Assembly (NCBI RefSeq): GCF_009914755.1 | Contig: NC_060929.1 | DNA length: 64,000 bases | Strand: one strand, 5' to 3' | Source: the human T2T-CHM13v2.0 reference genome, Homo sapiens | Shown: piece by piece, positions 58,782-64,000 of the stretch | How the letters are laid out: the number at the start of each line of letters is the position of its first letter | Position numbering within the stretch: the first letter of the stretch is position 1 | The notes under the pieces: generated by a model | The model's database searches: none | The model's input: the letters and a program-made list of their open reading frames with translations, nothing else | What the model was told of the DNA's origin: nothing | Program-made: the position numbers and the translations under genes

Positions 58782-58926
58782 TTTTTTTGAGACAGGGTCT
58801 CGTTCTGTCACCCAGGCTGGAGTGCAGTGGCACCATCATAGCTCATTGTAGCCTTGAACTCCTGGACTCAAGTGATCTTTCTGCTTTAGCTTCCTGAGTA
58901 ACTGAGACCACAGGTGTGCACCCCCT

Positions 58927-58973
<47 letters not shown>

Positions 58974-59005
58974 TTTAAGAGATGGGATCGTGCTATGTTG
59001 GCCAG
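58782..59005 (-). mobile_element. Truncated AluJ-like with (CA)n at the linker
   Basis: Antisense Alu arm, then microsatellite. Confidence 0.8.
58928..58971 (+). repeat. (CA)22 microsatellite
   Basis: Uninterrupted CA run. Confidence 0.95.
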
Positions 59006-59609
59006 TATGTTCTGAGAGTTCAATTTGGGAATAAGTCCATGAATTTCCTATACCATCAAAGAAACAGAATGGTAGTTTGGAGCTCAGAGGGGAGGAAATA
59101 TCCCATATGAGGACTCTGATTCAGGGTTTCATCAGCTAGCTCTGCTGCCTGCGAACTGACTTTGAGAGAGAGTTTCAAAGTGTTGACAAGCAGATTATTA
59201 ACCCTGTGTTATCTTCAGGCTCATTCCTTACTTATAAGGGCCTGTGCTTTCAGAGGACTCTGTGATTCCCAGTAAGAGAATGTCCTGCTCTTCAGTGAAA
59301 TTGTGAGGCAGCTCTGAACTCTAAGCCCTGGGGCTGGGCAAAAAATGCCCTTTTAGTGGGAGGGAGTGGGCTACCAGTAGTAAGATGGCGGGTAAACCTC
59401 CGTTAAATGGCCTACTATTAACGTACATTTCAGGCTTTTTCCCTCTGCTATTCCCACGTTCCCAAGAGAAGAAAGGTAACAGAATATAGGCCATGGTAAC
59501 TTTGATGGAATAGTCCAGGGTTTAATTCAAAGATGCTCACTGGTCAAAGTGGGTCCCACTGCTTTTCCAGCTTTTGATTCAAGCTTCAGTCTCCGAGAGT
59601 TTGCACACT

Positions 59610-60470
<861 letters not shown>

Positions 60471-61508
60471 GGTTCCTCCCCAGAGCCTGTCACACAGTCA
60501 TTCATTTAGAATGTAAAATCTACAGTGGAAGGAATTTGGGCCTCCTACCTGTCCTCAGTTAAAGCTAATTCATTTCCTCCCAGGACTAGTGTTAGCAAAC
60601 AAAAAATCGTGGGTCGTCCAAGAACAATTACAAATGATCCAAAACCCTCGCTTCAGTCACGGGTTGTGGTCTTAGAGCTCAGCCTTCATGGAGGAGGTGA
60701 TGAAAAAGCTGGATTCTAACCCTTCTTTGTCCCTCTCGCCCTTAAGGGGAGGTGTCTGAGCAGTGAACTGGCAACAAAGGGAGGAGTGTAGGAGCTGATG
60801 GATTGAGCCCTTTCTTTCAAAATGTAATTTACAGGATTATTATTTGTAAAGTTGATTATTGCAAATTATCCATGGGGGTCTAGGGTAAGGGTATTTATTG
60901 TCTTCAACCACAAGCCTACATAGTTTGGGGAAGCGAAACGTACTTCTTTTTTGCCAGGCTGGGAGAGCAACCCTGGGATGTGCTAACAGGCCCAATGGGG
61001 TCATTCGCTTCCTGTTAATCCTTTTATGGTTTACTTTTTTTTTTTTTAGAGAGAAAACTTAGGTTAAATATTTATTATACAGGAAAGGAATGCTGCTGCT
61101 TCCTCCTGCTTTTCCTGCTCTGTTGCTCATAATTGTTTAATAGGCAATAGCATGCAAATAGTATAAAATCTAAAAGGTACACAATGCGGTATGAGAAAAA
61201 TACATGGCCCCCGGAACCTTTGTCCCCAGCCCCCTCCCCCACTGCCACCCCAGAGGCAGGCCCTGTTACCGGTTTCCATCATATCCTTCCTGAGATAGTC
61301 CATATATACTCCTTCTTTTTAATAGAAAATCGCACCACATACACATCATCTAAGGACAAATTATTATTTTGTCCTTTAAAATGAAACAATCAGAATTTTC
61401 CACCACTGTGACTTGGAAGCCCCAGAGTTAAGGCCCAGAGTTAAGGCCACAGACTTAAAGAGACAAATCAGTCCTCACCTCCAGCCAGCTGACCTGCTGA
61501 CCACCAAG

Positions 61509-61591
61509 GCGTGCACGCTGTTTCCAGACGTTTACTTGCACTCGCGTATTCTCTGCCCCGCGGGGCACCCCCATTCACAGGGCCTGCACGC
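61509..61591. promoter_or_regulatory. Cluster of four metal-response-element cores (TGCRCNC) in CpG-rich unique sequence
   Basis: TGCACGC on both strands of palindrome GCGTGCACGC (61509-61518), TGCACTC 61537-61543, TGCACGC 61585-61591; 8 CpGs in 83 bp. Confidence 0.45.
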
Positions 61592-62124
61592 TGAACTGCT
61601 TCCTTGCACTTTTGACCAAAAATGGTCTCACTCACCATCATTGGACAAACTCCTCCTCACCTTATTTGCCGTCTGAGCTCCAAATGGCCTACGGTTTCCA
61701 GAAATAAAGTTGAAGGCTTATCACCACTGAGGTTATGCCAGAGCTGATGGCTCAGAATCTGAAGGCCAGAAAACATTGCCAACAAGGGCAAGGTGCCACT
61801 GGGAAAGCATGAATGTAGTCCCTACTGTGTTCTTGGGCCTTGTGCTGGACCCTGAAGATAAAGCGAGAGAAAGTGCACAGTGTCCTTCCTAGCCTCGCTT
61901 AGTGCAGTCCCAGGGGGACGGGGCACAGGCGCTGTTGTAATTCAGTGCTCCTTATGTCCAGCTCAGTCCCGTTGGAGATGACCATGAATGAATGGCATTC
62001 ACTTTTACAGACATAAGAGTTCTGCTGTTTAAAAAGAAAATCAATCACTCGATAGTCACATGTCTTACAATGCAGCAGAGAGATATGGAAATAGTAATAG
62101 TAATAATCCTCACTTTTCAAAAAA

Positions 62125-62265
62125 ACTTTCTTTTTATTTATTTTATAATGACAAGGTCTCCCTATGTTGCCCAGGCTGGTCTTGAACTTCTGGCCTCAAG
62201 CAACCCTTTGGCCTCAGCCTCTCAAAATGCTGGGATTACAGTCAGGAGCTACCGCAACTGGCCCT
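62125..62265 (-). mobile_element. Alu left monomer (FLAM-like)
   Basis: tatgttgcccaggctggtcttgaac...tgctgggattaca. Confidence 0.8.
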
Positions 62266-62587
62266 CACTTGCTGATGAGGAAAAATAATTACTGTGCATA
62301 GGTACAAAACCCTGTACTTAGTACTTCTTCAGCCTTACTTGCTACCTCCCAAGGGCTCTGTGAGGTAGGGCTGAGTGTTGTCCTCATTTTACAGGTGTGC
62401 ACTTGGCCTCAGGGAGAGGAAGTTAGCAGCTCCAGGTCACAAAGTTGGGGCATGGTGGCAGCAGCATTTGCACCCCGGGCCTTCTGATTCCAGTGCCCAT
62501 GCATTAGGCCCTAGGCAAAACCACAGCCACTGGCACAGTGAAGCCCCCAACCTGTCCTTTGGCAGTTTGTTCAGAATTTAAACTATT

Positions 62588-62884
62588 CGCCAGGCACAGT
62601 GGCTCACTCCTGTAATCCCAGCACTTTGAGAGGCCGAGGCAGGCAGATTAACTTGAGCTCATGAGTTCGAGACCAGCCTGGGCAACATGGCAAAATCCTG
62701 TCTTTACAAAAAGTGTAAAAAGTTAGCTGGGTGTGGTGATGCATGCCTATAGTCCCAGCTACTCAGGAGGCTGACGTGGGAGGATCATTTGAGCCCAGGA
62801 GGCAGAGGTTGCAGTGAGCCAAGATCACACCACTGCACTTCAGTGGTGATAGAGCCAGACCTTGTCTCAAATAAATAAATAAAA
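62588..62884 (+). mobile_element. Alu (J/S)
   Basis: Full dimer; (TAAA)n tail. Confidence 0.9.
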
Positions 62885-63286
62885 TACTCTCTTAAAGTGA
62901 GCAATTAGTGATTTATAGGAGAAATCCTTTATTCCCAGGAGACAGGTAGACAGACTGAGCCCTCTCTGGATTCGCTCATTGTGTTCCGTAGAGAGGTAGC
63001 ATCATTATTTAACAAAAAGAAACACCTCCGTTTATTTATAGTAGAGCTGTAACTTTTGTTCCCACCACTCTCAGTATGCATAGAAAGTGCAGCTTCTTTA
63101 TTTAAGGCTATACCTGGTGGAAGCCCCCACCCCACTGCTACCCACTGGGTGGCTTGTATATATACACACACATGCCATTCTGAGCCTCTCTGGATGACAT
63201 GCCTGTAGGGTGGACAGGGAAACTGAAGCTTAAAGAGCTTAAGTTATTGAATAAATCAAAATGAACTGGGCTAACAAAGAAGCTCA

Positions 63287-63614
<328 letters not shown>

Positions 63615-63644
63615 GAGAGAGAGATAATTCTTTCAATTCTAAAT

Positions 63645-63932
63645 TATTTTTATTATTATTATTTTTTGAGACAGAGTCTTGCTCTATCACACAGGCTGGA
63701 GTGCAGTGGCATGAACACAGGGAGCGGCAGCCTCAACCTCCTGGGGCTCAAGCGGTCCCCCCACCTCAGGACCACAGGTACATGCCACCACGTGCAGCTA
63801 AGTTTTTGATTTTGTAGAGATGGGGTCTTGCCATGTTACCCAGGCTGGTCTCAAGCTCCTGGGCTTGAGCAATCCTCCCGCCTCAGACTCCCGAAGTGCT
63901 GGGATTACAGGTGCGAGCCACTGTGCCCCGCC
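63645..63932 (-). mobile_element. AluJ-like
   Basis: Antisense Alu with (TTA)n tail, about 30 nt from the previous Alu. Confidence 0.88.
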
Positions 63933-64000
63933 GGATTTTTTTCTTCTACAGATTTACTACATGCTGGCTAGATGTCCTTTGGCTGTCAAGTTCAATGTTC

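Noticed and set aside
59382-59391. YY1-like AAGATGGCGG
   Set aside because: Single isolated motif without supporting context

Overview
Human/primate genomic DNA, not microbial. Positions 322-~22945 hold the 3' part of NDFIP1 (Nedd4 family-interacting protein 1) on the + strand. Coding exons 2-7 splice with canonical GT-AG boundaries into residues 22-221 (three PY motifs, three transmembrane segments, ending ...RTRVLFIY*). A ~2.7 kb non-coding exon 8 carries tandem polyadenylation signals; exon 1 lies upstream of the window. The remaining ~41 kb is intergenic (towards SPRY4 on 5q31.3, from recall) and dense in Alus, MIR/L2/L1 remnants and solo LTRs. Nearly all long entries in the ORF track are Alu or other repeat read-throughs. 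I found no new multi-gene system. The best leads are regulatory: (1) a CpG-retaining cluster of metal-response elements at ~61.5 kb, notable because NDFIP1 controls the metal transporter DMT1; (2) an unusual end-of-CDS layout (stop codon, weak donor between two ATTAAA hexamers, ATG as the first bases of exon 8, a strong internal acceptor in the 3'UTR); (3) alternating intron phases plus inverted Alus that predict stop-free circRNAs. Exon coordinates were counted by hand; repeat boundaries and subfamily names are approximate, by eye.
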